Below are positions 29,863 through 40,286 of a DNA stretch of 64,000 bases, piece by piece (the stretch's first letter is position 1; every line of letters starts with the position of its first letter). The notes under the pieces were generated by a model. It searched no databases and had not been told where the DNA came from. It was given only the letters and a program-made list of their open reading frames with translations. Source of the DNA: Ignavibacteriota bacterium (GTDB lineage: Bacteria > Bacteroidota > Ignavibacteria > UBA10030); the NCBI GenBank assembly GCA_963701295.1, contig OY969585.1:3456001-3520000 (forward strand). The letters are read 5' to 3'. The position numbers were made by a program, and so were the translations under genes.

Positions 29863-30036
29863 TTGGTTGGATAGTAATATATACTGTAAGTGTACAATAA
29901 ACCAAAGAAGAAGCCAAACTGCCTAAAAGCAAATTCATCTGCTCTCGACTGACGATCGAGGAACATGTAATTCTCCAGAAGAATCAATGTATTTCTGTTC
30001 CATAATAACTCTCAAGAATCATGAAGTGGAAGCACA

Positions 30037-30447
30037 TTAATCCTTTTCAGATCTATGTTGACGTTCAGAGATTACCTGTTTATACACTCTCAAAACGAGC
30101 GCAGGAAGTTGAGACATATCTGATTTCCCTTTAACAAAGTAATCCTTCGCGCCCCATTTCCATGCTTCAAGAGCAATCTCTTCAGATCCATGCCCAGTAA
30201 TAATAATGACCGGAGTTTCTATTTTCATTCCATACATCCATTGTAATACATTTAGGCCGCTTGTGCCGGGCATCTTATAATCAAGCAGCACCACGTCATA
30301 TTTATTTTTCTTCAACAGATCGATAGCGGCATCTCCCGTCTCGCAAGCCTCGGTTGTGTACCCATATGTTTTTAGGGTTTGTGTAAGAACAAGACGGTAG
30401 GTCGGTTCATCATCTACAATCAGTACATGCAACATTGGTTCTTCCAT
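30037..30447 (-). CDS. Single-domain response regulator (paralog of its neighbour)
   Basis: VLIVDDE, VLLDYKMPG, ITGHG, YFVKG. Confidence 0.92.
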   Translation of the reverse strand: MEEPMLHVLIVDDEPTYRLVLTQTLKTYGYTTEACETGDAAIDLLKKNKYDVVLLDYKMPGTSGLNVLQWMYGMKIETPVIIITGHGSEEIALEAWKWGAKDYFVKGKSDMSQLPALVLRVYKQVISERQHRSEKD

Positions 30448-31240
30448 GTAAGCTCCAAAAGAATATGAAAATAAATGACTAAATTAAGTTTAATAGATTG
30501 TTACATTGAAAGCAAGTAGAGAAAAATATTAAAAATAATATAGAGAGTCTGTGCACTCTGTCTCAACAACCTATGCAAGGGCATCCTCCATCTCAACTTT
30601 GTGTCTGATTTTCTTCTTTTTTCAATGGATTACAAAAATGTCCTTAGCCGTGCTAAAATACAGGATTTCTGATGATGCAGCTTGCGTTTCGAGTACATTT
30701 TCATCGCCAGTTAGTACGAATGTGAAAAGCTCATCAAGCTTTTGAATGCGACCCGCGGAGCAAGAAAAATCATTTGTATTGGAAAATTCTGTTATCATTT
30801 TTTCTCCCTCATCTCGCATAACAACGTAGCGTTTTTACGGACAAACTATATATTTATTTCCATCGAATAAAAGTGTCGGACGATGGTAATAATCCTTATT
30901 AAAAGATTGAATGTCGTAGTTGGTATCGTTATGACGCCGTTCTTATAAACGAGGCGAATGGCATCACAACATTTGCATAAAGGAACACTCTTCCGTTCTT
31001 GCGCGATATTAACTGTTTTTATTTCTTTTATCTGTTATCTGATAATTTTGTTCTTACCTCATTTATTGGGATGAACCTCTTATGCGTTAAGTGGTCAAGA
31101 GTGCAAAAAAACATTCACCAAAACCATTACGAAACTTATCATAAGAACTCTCCTAAAACAGATGCAACCTATCAGACTGGAAAATCAGATGCAATTCAAT
31201 GGCGCATAAGCAGCAAAGCATTACACTCTACTATAGAACA

Positions 31241-31270
31241 GACAGAGGCAACAAGAATTGTCGCCTCTGC
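31241..31270 (-). terminator. Hairpin downstream of the gene ending at 31308
   Basis: GCAGAGGCGAC-AATTCTT-GTTGCCTCTGT on the minus strand; weak U tail. Confidence 0.4.
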
Positions 31271-31307
31271 ATATCGATTTTACGATGTTCTAAATTTCAA
31301 TTTTAAC

Positions 31308-32597
31308 TTAAGTTGACGATGTCTCTTTTGGTGTTTTAGGCGCTTTCGGGAACAACCGAATGGCAAGAATCGGTATGAGAAGAACCCCGAGAAGAACAAG
31401 CATATAGATCAACCATGATGCCCCAGGCGAGACAATTGAACGCCACTTCTCTACTTTAGCTTCGATTTCTTTCCTTTGTGTGTCCGATATTTTGCTAAGC
31501 TCGGTGAGAGCCGGCAACCATGTTGCATTCAGATCGGTCAGCCAAAGATTTTCATGAAAGTTAGTAAAGAGTTTAAAGCGTGTATCGTTCGTTTCTTCAT
31601 TCGGATTCTGAATTTGTTCAGAAAGAAAGGTAATAAAGTTCGCACTGAACTCTTCACCATTCTTAAATTCTTTCACAAAAAAACCCTTCTCCTTGAACAA
31701 TGTATTCAGCGAACGCCACATCGCATCGTCAACTTTATCTCCCCACACAGCCAGCATCGAATCAACTGCGCTTACCTCGTACTTCTTTGCTTTTCCGCTC
31801 ACGTAGATCGAAGTGAGTTTCGGTGCAATTCCTGTCCACTGTGATTGGAATCGCTTTTGTTGTCGTACAAGTGCTACTAAATCGCTTCCTTTCAATTGTG
31901 TCGTTTCGAGGAATGTTACGTTATCAATGATGGAATGCTTCACATTGCCGACAATATCATGCCGCTCAATTTTACCTAACAATCCTTGTTTCTCAACATC
32001 TTTCATATCACTGACATTCTTGTCATACTGAAGGAAAAGACTATCGGCCAATGCAAAGATAAGCGCATCACGATCCTGTAATCCTTGGTGCAGTTTTACA
32101 ATCATGTTGTGGAGGGAATCTAAAGGAGTAGCGGCATTGAAAAGATCACCGGTAAGCTTCTGGACATTCCGTGTAAGCATCTGGATATCAGCTAAGAGTT
32201 TTTCATTCTGCATATTCAACTTCTGTATCTGATCCGAAAGTCCGCGCACAGTTGTTTCTAATTCTGTAATACGAATCACCTGGCTTTCGATAAAGCCAAG
32301 ATCCTTCTGGCGCACAAGCAGCTTTCCTCGAAGATGTTCTATGGTCCTATCGTAGCCATCTGGATAGATAGCTTTATTGAGAAGCGTTTTGTTATCAGCA
32401 AATTCTTTTTCCAACGCATCGACGGAGACGCTAAGCTCTGCACATTCCTGTACCGAATTTGCCTTATCCACATTCTTCGAAATAGATTGAGCCGTAGTTT
32501 GAAAAAGTTGGACGGTAGCATAATCCGATTTTTGTTGAGCAACTACTATCAAGCTCGAAAACACTAACAAAGAAACAAGGCAAAGGATGGTCTTCAT
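31308..32597 (-). CDS. Hypothetical exported coiled-coil protein with C-terminal TM anchor
   Basis: Signal peptide, heptad region, C-terminal WLIYMLVLLGVLLIPILAI followed by a basic tail. Confidence 0.8.
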   Translation of the reverse strand: MKTILCLVSLLVFSSLIVVAQQKSDYATVQLFQTTAQSISKNVDKANSVQECAELSVSVDALEKEFADNKTLLNKAIYPDGYDRTIEHLRGKLLVRQKDLGFIESQVIRITELETTVRGLSDQIQKLNMQNEKLLADIQMLTRNVQKLTGDLFNAATPLDSLHNMIVKLHQGLQDRDALIFALADSLFLQYDKNVSDMKDVEKQGLLGKIERHDIVGNVKHSIIDNVTFLETTQLKGSDLVALVRQQKRFQSQWTGIAPKLTSIYVSGKAKKYEVSAVDSMLAVWGDKVDDAMWRSLNTLFKEKGFFVKEFKNGEEFSANFITFLSEQIQNPNEETNDTRFKLFTNFHENLWLTDLNATWLPALTELSKISDTQRKEIEAKVEKWRSIVSPGASWLIYMLVLLGVLLIPILAIRLFPKAPKTPKETSST

Positions 32598-33052
32598 TTG
32601 TTTTCTCCTTTCAGAATGCCTTCTTTCGTCAGCGAAACGGGTGGATTCTCTCCATTCAATAGTTGGATATATGGAGGCCGTTGGTTGAATGCGGGATCCT
32701 CGATGCCGTCTTGTGTTACAAGAATTTTATTCGTGAGTCTCAAACCGCCTTCAATTTGCTCAAATACATAGACATTTTTAAATTTCGATGCCGTCATAAA
32801 GTAATAACCATTGATGTCTCGAATTATCCGCAATGTCACATTCGAAATATTGACCGAGTCTTGGGTCTCATCATAAAGGAGTTCTTTAACATTGAGTGAA
32901 AAATAATGCTGTTTAACTTCTATCATACCTTTTTCGTCAACTTTCGATACCGACTCAATGGGCCATGCAAAATCACCCGGTCTCAGCGTAAGAGATGAAC
33001 AACCAGCAAAAACGAGGAATGAGAAAAAAAATAGAATGTTGATTGCTTTCAT
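32594..33052 (-). CDS. Hypothetical lipoprotein
   Basis: GGAGG RBS, MKAINIL...VFAGC lipobox; ATGA overlap with the downstream gene. Confidence 0.8.
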   Translation of the reverse strand: MKAINILFFFSFLVFAGCSSLTLRPGDFAWPIESVSKVDEKGMIEVKQHYFSLNVKELLYDETQDSVNISNVTLRIIRDINGYYFMTASKFKNVYVFEQIEGGLRLTNKILVTQDGIEDPAFNQRPPYIQLLNGENPPVSLTKEGILKGENK

Positions 33053-33523
33053 ACTACCTCCTGGATTTTGGTCCGGAAATTTCATCCGAACAATCTGCTC
33101 TAATGTATTAAAGGATAATGTTGGATTCAAGTGGTGCTTCGATTTTTTTTATTATGTTTTTTATTACATCAGCGTGGATGGTACCACAGAATCCTAACGG
33201 AAATACAGAAAGAGTCATGCCAAAAGAACATTTTCCCCTTTCACCGATCAATGCAAGAACTCCTGAGGAAACCGAGAATAATTTGAGAATTTTAAGTTAA
33301 AGGTAGATTCTGCAACATACAGAAGCGAATGGTAGAAGTAACACTTCTTCACTTGTGCACCAACGGACGTCATGAACAGGGTCATTGATACTGCAACGAT
33401 CCAGTCACTTTTTTGAAAAAGAGAAAGTTATAAAGGGGCACTCATTAATTCATCATTCAGCATATCTGGCGATTCATGATCTTATCATCTGAACATCCGC
33501 TTATTGTACGCTCTCTTTCTTTT

Positions 33524-35131
33524 CTATTTCACTTTTTCTTGCTTCCACCAACGCGTGACCACTTCTTCAATCTTTGTCTTAGCATCACTTTGCTTCCACT
33601 TTTCATAAAATTTGATATCGCTGCTATCCGGCTCTGGATCAGGGAAGTCAATTTGCACACGCATCGGCATCGGAATTGCTTCCCCAACAATAAGTGCTTC
33701 TCCCTGCCGGAGGGACGGCAATACATCAGTGAAACTTGCAAAACTATCTGGCACCAATCGTCTGACGTAGTTCTGATCCATGGGATTTGTCAAGCGTAAA
33801 ATTACATAATTGTTGCACTGTGAGAGAATCGTTTCTGAGACTTCCACCGGACGTTGACTCACCACCATACAACTGACGCCATATTTTCGTCCTTCTTTTG
33901 CGATACGTTCCACGGTTTTTCGTGCAGCGGCAGTAGTACTGAGAGTGCTCGGCAGATAGTTATGTGCTTCTTCGAACACTAGTAATATAGGAAAGTCGCG
34001 CCTGCTAGGATTCCAAAAATTGAAATCGAAAATGATGCGTGCCAGCAGCGACACGATCGTATTCACAACATCAAATGGCACACCGCTCAAATCAAGGACC
34101 GTCACCTTGGCATTTTCATCGGCGCCAAGTATCTTAGTCAGCAGGTCATTAAACGTGATAGAGCTAATGTATTTCTTGGGTCGAAACATGAATGCGTATC
34201 GTGGATCATTCAATTTACCATCAAGACGCACGAGGAACCGAGTAAATTTACCATAGAACGGTCCATCTTTGGCTGTTGAACCTGATGTCACTTTTTCTGT
34301 ATCCAGATATTGCATTTTTGCACGAATTTCACTGAGGTCGTAATAGACCGGTGTGTCGATTGTAATAATCGTTGACATTTCTGGATTCTTACCTTTCTTC
34401 GACATAATGACGAGGTCTTTCAGCACGGTGATCTGGCTGGATGCATTCTCATCTTTCTCATCAACAAACATTTCGCGCAATTCGTCAAAGTTCATTAACC
34501 AGTATGGAAGTTCAAATTCTGCGATGTCAAGGTGGTTGCAATTCCCTTCGAATGCTTTCTGATATTCATTATGGATATCAAGAATAATGATATTCGTATC
34601 GGGATACCTCGAAACCTTCTGCAATACAGAAGCTACGGTGCAAGATTTTCCTGAACCGCTGGAACCAAGCACGGCAATGTGTTTGCCGAAAAATTTATTA
34701 GCATCAAGGAATGCCCGCTGGTTTTCGAACAAGGATACTTGTCCCACAGAAAATCCGTACCGCTGGTAGACTGCAAACGCAATAGAAAGATCCGCATCTT
34801 CCGCAAGATACACAGGCGTATCAGACACCGGAAAGATAGATACACCTCGTTCATAGCGGCCGCTCTTTACTGTTCCAACCATCGATACATAGAGAATGAA
34901 CCGCTGATGGGCATGTCCGTCGACATTCACATCTTCTTTTTTCAACTCTGATACCAATCCGATCAGTACAAGTGTTCCCATGGGAATCAAGACATATGTA
35001 CCAATTTGGCCGATATAGTATATCTTTCCATTGATCTCCCTTTTCAGAGTTGTAATTTTTGGATCGAGAAGAATGGAAACAATCGCACTATTCACAGTTG
35101 ATACGACACCAATATATTTTTGCTCAACCAT
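33524..35131 (-). CDS. HerA/FtsK-family ATPase (HAS barrel + DUF87/DUF853)
   Basis: Walker A GSSGSGKS, Walker B LVFEEAHNY, IAKEGRKYG, VSQRP. Confidence 0.92.
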   Translation of the reverse strand: MVEQKYIGVVSTVNSAIVSILLDPKITTLKREINGKIYYIGQIGTYVLIPMGTLVLIGLVSELKKEDVNVDGHAHQRFILYVSMVGTVKSGRYERGVSIFPVSDTPVYLAEDADLSIAFAVYQRYGFSVGQVSLFENQRAFLDANKFFGKHIAVLGSSGSGKSCTVASVLQKVSRYPDTNIIILDIHNEYQKAFEGNCNHLDIAEFELPYWLMNFDELREMFVDEKDENASSQITVLKDLVIMSKKGKNPEMSTIITIDTPVYYDLSEIRAKMQYLDTEKVTSGSTAKDGPFYGKFTRFLVRLDGKLNDPRYAFMFRPKKYISSITFNDLLTKILGADENAKVTVLDLSGVPFDVVNTIVSLLARIIFDFNFWNPSRRDFPILLVFEEAHNYLPSTLSTTAAARKTVERIAKEGRKYGVSCMVVSQRPVEVSETILSQCNNYVILRLTNPMDQNYVRRLVPDSFASFTDVLPSLRQGEALIVGEAIPMPMRVQIDFPDPEPDSSDIKFYEKWKQSDAKTKIEEVVTRWWKQEKVK

Positions 35132-35160
35132 AACTCAACCTTTCTCTGAAAGTTTGACTC

Positions 35161-36393
35161 CTAACTCACTCGTTTGATGACGACGATCGTTCGGTCGTCT
35201 GAATACTCAGCGCCTTCTGAAAAAAGTTCTACATCCTCGATCAGCGCTTTGCATATTTCTTGCGCTCCCCTGCTGGCGAGCTGTTTGATGTTATCTGCGA
35301 GATGTTTTTCGCTATAGGGAGTACCATCGGCACGAAGCGCTTCAGTAATCCCATCTGTGTAAATAACGGCAACATCATCTTTTTTCAACATCGTGCTCTC
35401 CACACGATAATTGCCGCGGGGGAACGGACCGAGGATAAGTCCCGTCGGCTCCAATAGTTCGATGTTATTCTCTTGCGCATGATAAACCATAGGACTATTG
35501 TGCCCCGCATTGGCATAGAGCAGTAATCCCTTCGCTCCATCCGTTAATTCGGCATAAAACATCGAGACAAATTGTTCTTCCGAGAACGAGCGATTCACAA
35601 TTTTATTAATACCCGACATCAACGTTGCGGTTTTTGTATGATGTGCGATTCCCATTCGCAGTGCTCCGACGACATACAAGGCTTGTGCTGCAGCTCGAAA
35701 TCCCTTACTCGCTGCATCTCCTACAACAATCATCAAGCGATCTTTTGTTTCATCAGAAAAAATATAATCAAAGAAATCTCCACCAACAATACGATCGGGG
35801 ATAGAAATCCCATAAATGTCATAATAGTAAAAATGGAGAAATGGCTCTGGTAAGATACTCTGTTGAATCTCACGTGCTTTGTCGATATCTTGCTCAAGCA
35901 ATCGAGCTTTTTGCTCGATGCGTTTGTTGCGGAGGACAGAAGTGACCGCCAGACTAATCACATTGAGATTCGGAAGTAGATCTTGATCAATAAAATCAGA
36001 ATTGAACGCCAGAACATACTGATAAACAGTTTTATCACGATATGGCATTCTATCCCCTATCCCCGTTGCGGAGTACTTGATAATACCTTTTTTTCGAAGA
36101 TATCCATCCGTCTCGTTGGCAATAATGGAACGCTGTTCGATAAGATGTTGAAACATCGGATAGCGCGCAACTTGAATTCGATAACCTGAATCAAGGCGGT
36201 CAATCTGTCCAATCTGATGAATTACGCGGTACGATTCGGTGGATGGTTCATACTGCCATAGTCTGCCGCCTTTTAAAAGAATATCTTCGGTCTTCACGAT
36301 TTCATTCAGAACATGCTTGAGTAAATCTTTCTCCGTTTTAAATTGAACGGAAGCGAAGCTTTCGATAGTGCGATATAATCGGCGTTGGTTCAT
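35161..36393 (-). CDS. PP2C/SpoIIE (RsbU-like) protein phosphatase with N-terminal GAF-like domain
   Basis: AREIQQSILP, VGGDFFD, VGDAASKG, YTDGITEA, DDRTIVVI. Confidence 0.92.
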   Translation of the reverse strand: MNQRRLYRTIESFASVQFKTEKDLLKHVLNEIVKTEDILLKGGRLWQYEPSTESYRVIHQIGQIDRLDSGYRIQVARYPMFQHLIEQRSIIANETDGYLRKKGIIKYSATGIGDRMPYRDKTVYQYVLAFNSDFIDQDLLPNLNVISLAVTSVLRNKRIEQKARLLEQDIDKAREIQQSILPEPFLHFYYYDIYGISIPDRIVGGDFFDYIFSDETKDRLMIVVGDAASKGFRAAAQALYVVGALRMGIAHHTKTATLMSGINKIVNRSFSEEQFVSMFYAELTDGAKGLLLYANAGHNSPMVYHAQENNIELLEPTGLILGPFPRGNYRVESTMLKKDDVAVIYTDGITEALRADGTPYSEKHLADNIKQLASRGAQEICKALIEDVELFSEGAEYSDDRTIVVIKRVS

Positions 36394-37019
36394 ATAGCAC
36401 TCACTGCTCGAGACACTACTTCTTCCTTGAATACTTTTTCAATCTCTTCTAATCCTTCGATTCCAAGAATGTATTCAAATTCTTCTCGACATACATCAAG
36501 CACTGTCAACGATCCATCTGGAACGATACTGCAACATTGCAACCTATTCGTGAATTCGGGATCGTCCATCGTCAGCACATGTCCATCGATAACCAGTGGA
36601 AACGCGACACAATAAAATGGCTTCAGTGCAAACTTATCCATTCCTTCTGCCAATGCTGTTTTCTGCAACGTACAGAGACCTTTGCTGTCGAGAAACACAC
36701 ATCCGCTGTCTCTCACGGCAGTACCATCACATCGACCGGATGGGGAATCAATGTCATATTCAATCTTGTGATCGAACCATTTTGCAACATCATGTTCCTG
36801 CTGTAGTTCTAAATATTTTTTGATTACATCTGCATGTGCAAGAATACGTTCTTTGTCTCTTAAATCAAGGAGCACTCCTTCAGCGCAGCATGTTCCATTG
36901 CAATGACATATCGAACAATCGAGAGAAAAGCGGCGTGACAAAATTTCCGGATCAATTCGCAATTCCGAGATATGTTCCAAATTATGTTTTTTAAGAATCT
37001 TCAGAGATACCTCAGCCAT
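36390..37019 (-). CDS. DUF3109-like cysteine-cluster protein
   Basis: C..C.C.GTCCAEG, CVFL....CTL, KPFYC..FPL. Confidence 0.8.
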   Translation of the reverse strand: MAEVSLKILKKHNLEHISELRIDPEILSRRFSLDCSICHCNGTCCAEGVLLDLRDKERILAHADVIKKYLELQQEHDVAKWFDHKIEYDIDSPSGRCDGTAVRDSGCVFLDSKGLCTLQKTALAEGMDKFALKPFYCVAFPLVIDGHVLTMDDPEFTNRLQCCSIVPDGSLTVLDVCREEFEYILGIEGLEEIEKVFKEEVVSRAVSAI

Positions 37020-37512
37020 ATATTTCCTTCTGTCTAATGTAATAAATCAAATCTGTGCTCACAACTGCCATCCCGAGCTGCCTCAGCATCGTTACTAATT
37101 GACCGCGATGGTACGATGAATGATTCACCTTGTGTTGCATTTGCTGATGCAAAGGTTGAAAGTAAGTATTTCCTTTCATATCCAAATATTGCAATGGTGC
37201 ATTTAATTTCTCCTCTGTGAGACTTTGAAGAAAATTGCTAATCTCGCACTCATATATCTCCCATTGCTCTTCCACGATTTCTACCGCTGGAAAGTTTTCA
37301 TTTTTTAATGGCTCTGGTTTTTCCCCTTTCCAGCGATGTAACCAGACTCGGTTGGCAGATAAAATATGTACAATTGTCCCTTGAATGCCTCCGAAACTTG
37401 AATGAAGGTCTTTCTTGTACTGATCTCCTGTGAGCGTTGCAATCACCTCAAGTAATTTCAAATCCGCCCATTTATCATACTCAAATAATAATTGAATTTC
37501 TTTTTTTGTCAT
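37012..37512 (-). CDS. DinB/YfiT family metalloprotein
   Basis: Y..WA, SFGGI.GT..HI, H.VNHSSYHRGQ. Confidence 0.9.
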   Translation of the reverse strand: MTKKEIQLLFEYDKWADLKLLEVIATLTGDQYKKDLHSSFGGIQGTIVHILSANRVWLHRWKGEKPEPLKNENFPAVEIVEEQWEIYECEISNFLQSLTEEKLNAPLQYLDMKGNTYFQPLHQQMQHKVNHSSYHRGQLVTMLRQLGMAVVSTDLIYYIRQKEIYG

Positions 37513-37515
37513 TTC

Positions 37516-40131
37516 TTAGTCCTTCTCTTCAATTTTTTTCTTCAACGCCGCCAGTGTTTGCATTGCTTCCAACGGTGTCATATGTTCGATATCAAGCATG
37601 CGGAGTTCTGTCCGCAGCTTATCGTCCTTTACTTCAAACATTGCCATTTGTCCCTTTTCCTCTCTCGTCTTCCCTCTTCCATTTATCAATTCTTTGTCTC
37701 TCATGACCAACTCAGAGCTTTCTAAATTTTTCAATACCAACTTTGCCCGCTCCGTCACTTCCTCTGGTAAACCGGCCATTTGTGCCACTTGAATTCCGTA
37801 CGAATGGTCGGCAAAACCCGGCAGTACTTTATGAAGAAAGATGACCTTATCGCCGTACTCGCGTACGTCCACCTTATAATTTTTAATACGGGGAAAAACA
37901 TCGGCAAGTTCATTTAATTCATGATAGTGTGTTGCAAAGAGAGTTTTGGCACCGATATGATTGTGCAAATATTCTGTGAGAGCCCAAGCGATACTGATAC
38001 CATCGAACGTGCTGGTACCACGTCCAATCTCATCGAGCAATATTAAACTGCGCTGTGTTGCTGTGTTGACAATATTCGCTGCTTCATGCATCTCCACTAA
38101 AAATGTGCTTTCTCCAGAAGCGATATTATCGCTTGCACCCACGCGTGTATAAATACGATCAACCATCCCAATGTGTGTGGATGTTGCTGGAACAAAACTC
38201 CCGATTTGTGCAAGCAGGACAATCAATCCCACTTGACGCAAATAACTTGATTTGCCGCTCATATTCGGCCCAGTGATAATAAGAATCTGATCGGATACAG
38301 TGTCCAGTAGTGTATGGTTCGGTGTATAATGTTCGCCAGGTGGCAAAAGCTTTTCGATCACTGGGTGACGTCCATCTTTAATGTCGATCCTGAAAGAATC
38401 ATCCATCGTCGGACAAACATAGTGATTCTCCACTGCAACTTCGGCAAGCGAGACATAGCAATCCAACATTGCTATGGCATGCGCGTTTGCTTGAATTGCA
38501 CTGATGTACTCGGCAATTATTTGACGTAGTTCATTGAAAAGACGTGTTTCCAGTGTAAGTATTTTTTCTTCTGCATGAAGAATCTTCTCTTCATATTCCT
38601 TCAACTCTGGCGTCACAAAACGCTCGGCATTCGTCAGCGTTTGCTTGCGGATGTAGTTTGCTGGCACTTTATCTTTGTGTGTGTGTGTTACTTCAATGTA
38701 ATAACCGAAGACATTATTATAACCAATCTTGAGCGATGAGATACCCGTGCGTTCCCGCTCTGATTGCTGATGTTTCGCAACCCAATCCTTTGCTCCGAAT
38801 GCCAATAAGCGGATATCGTCTAATTCTGAATTATACCCCTTCCGAATTACTCCACCATCCACGAGTGTCATTGGCGGATCATCCGCAATGGCTCGTCCAA
38901 TAGTAGAAACAATATCAATAAGCGGATCAAGATGATCATTCAAATTCTTTATGGTTGCACTAGTGAGATTTGAGATTTGAGATTTAAGGCTTGGAATTTG
39001 TGACAGCATGGCTTTCAATTGATTCATTTCACGTGGATTCGCTCTGCCCGTAGCAATTTTCACGATCAACCGTTCAAGATCGCCAACCGGCTCCAATTCT
39101 TCCCAAGTTTTCCGTCGCGCCGGTTCATTCGACACCAATTCTTTTATCGCATCGAGCCGCGTGTGAATCGGTTCTAATCGCTTCAATGGACGATTAATCC
39201 ATTGCTTTAACATCCGTCCGCCCATCGGGGTTTGTGTGTGATCGATAATAGAAAAGAGTGTACCATCGGACTGACCGGAGATGCTCGTTGTAATCTCGAG
39301 GTTACGCTTTGTTGAAGCATCCAGCAACATGTACTCGCTTACATCATGCGGCACAATCTTTTTAATGTGCGGAATATTTGCCTTCTGTGTCTCCTGCACG
39401 TAATTCATGATTGCGCCTGCGGCAATAACGCCCACATGCATCTCCTCGACACCAAATCCTTTTAATGACTTTGTCTTAAAATGATTAATAAGCAGTTCGT
39501 ATGCATAGTCGGCATTGAACACCCAGTCGTCCACTTTAGTGTATAACACACGGAAGCGTTCACCCAATAGAGTCTTAATCATTTCGAGATCGCGCTTCTG
39601 TACGAGCAATTCCTGCGGCTGGAGATTACTTATCTGTTCTATGAATTGTTTCAATGGAAACTCACTAAGTCCAAATTCTCCCGTCGAGACATCAATAAAT
39701 GCAAAACCGATTGTATCATCGCTTGTTGCCAGTGGCGATGATAAAGCGATAGCAGCGAGATAATTGTTCTGCTTTTGTTCCAATACATTGTCAGAGAATG
39801 ACACACCTGGTGTAACAACCTCAATCACATCACGCTTGACGATGCCTTTAGCAAACTTCGGATCTTCTAACTGCTCGCAGATGGCAACACGATATCCTGC
39901 ACGAAGGAGTTTGGGAAGATATGTATCAAGCGCGTGATGAGGAAATCCCGCCAGTGGTGTCTCACCGGAGGTACCATTCCCGCGCTTGGTAAGCACAATA
40001 CCAAGCACTTTGGATGCGATCTTCGCATCTTCATCAAACGTCTCGAAGAAGTCGCCCATTCTGAAAAGAAGCACCATATCCGGATACTTCGCTTTCATCT
40101 GCTGGTACTGGTGCATTAATGGTGTGGACAT
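37516..40131 (-). CDS. mutS: DNA mismatch repair protein MutS
   Basis: TPLM.QY, FRMGDFFE, ITGPNMSGKS, DEIGRGTST, SYGIQVA. Confidence 0.98.
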   Translation of the reverse strand: MSTPLMHQYQQMKAKYPDMVLLFRMGDFFETFDEDAKIASKVLGIVLTKRGNGTSGETPLAGFPHHALDTYLPKLLRAGYRVAICEQLEDPKFAKGIVKRDVIEVVTPGVSFSDNVLEQKQNNYLAAIALSSPLATSDDTIGFAFIDVSTGEFGLSEFPLKQFIEQISNLQPQELLVQKRDLEMIKTLLGERFRVLYTKVDDWVFNADYAYELLINHFKTKSLKGFGVEEMHVGVIAAGAIMNYVQETQKANIPHIKKIVPHDVSEYMLLDASTKRNLEITTSISGQSDGTLFSIIDHTQTPMGGRMLKQWINRPLKRLEPIHTRLDAIKELVSNEPARRKTWEELEPVGDLERLIVKIATGRANPREMNQLKAMLSQIPSLKSQISNLTSATIKNLNDHLDPLIDIVSTIGRAIADDPPMTLVDGGVIRKGYNSELDDIRLLAFGAKDWVAKHQQSERERTGISSLKIGYNNVFGYYIEVTHTHKDKVPANYIRKQTLTNAERFVTPELKEYEEKILHAEEKILTLETRLFNELRQIIAEYISAIQANAHAIAMLDCYVSLAEVAVENHYVCPTMDDSFRIDIKDGRHPVIEKLLPPGEHYTPNHTLLDTVSDQILIITGPNMSGKSSYLRQVGLIVLLAQIGSFVPATSTHIGMVDRIYTRVGASDNIASGESTFLVEMHEAANIVNTATQRSLILLDEIGRGTSTFDGISIAWALTEYLHNHIGAKTLFATHYHELNELADVFPRIKNYKVDVREYGDKVIFLHKVLPGFADHSYGIQVAQMAGLPEEVTERAKLVLKNLESSELVMRDKELINGRGKTREEKGQMAMFEVKDDKLRTELRMLDIEHMTPLEAMQTLAALKKKIEEKD

Positions 40132-40286
40132 AGAATCAAGTAACGATGCAAAGAAAAAAGGAAAATAAGTAATTCATTGCATAACTCTAAGCAGTATATA
40201 GTATGTATTCAACGACTGTTGATCCCGCTTCTTTTATAATTCATTTTTCATATCAGCTTCACTTTATGCTCCCGACACATTACTTT

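Noticed and set aside
30999-31316. 105-aa plus-strand ORF
   Set aside because: TTG start, no RBS, no motifs, and it overlaps the terminator of the opposite gene
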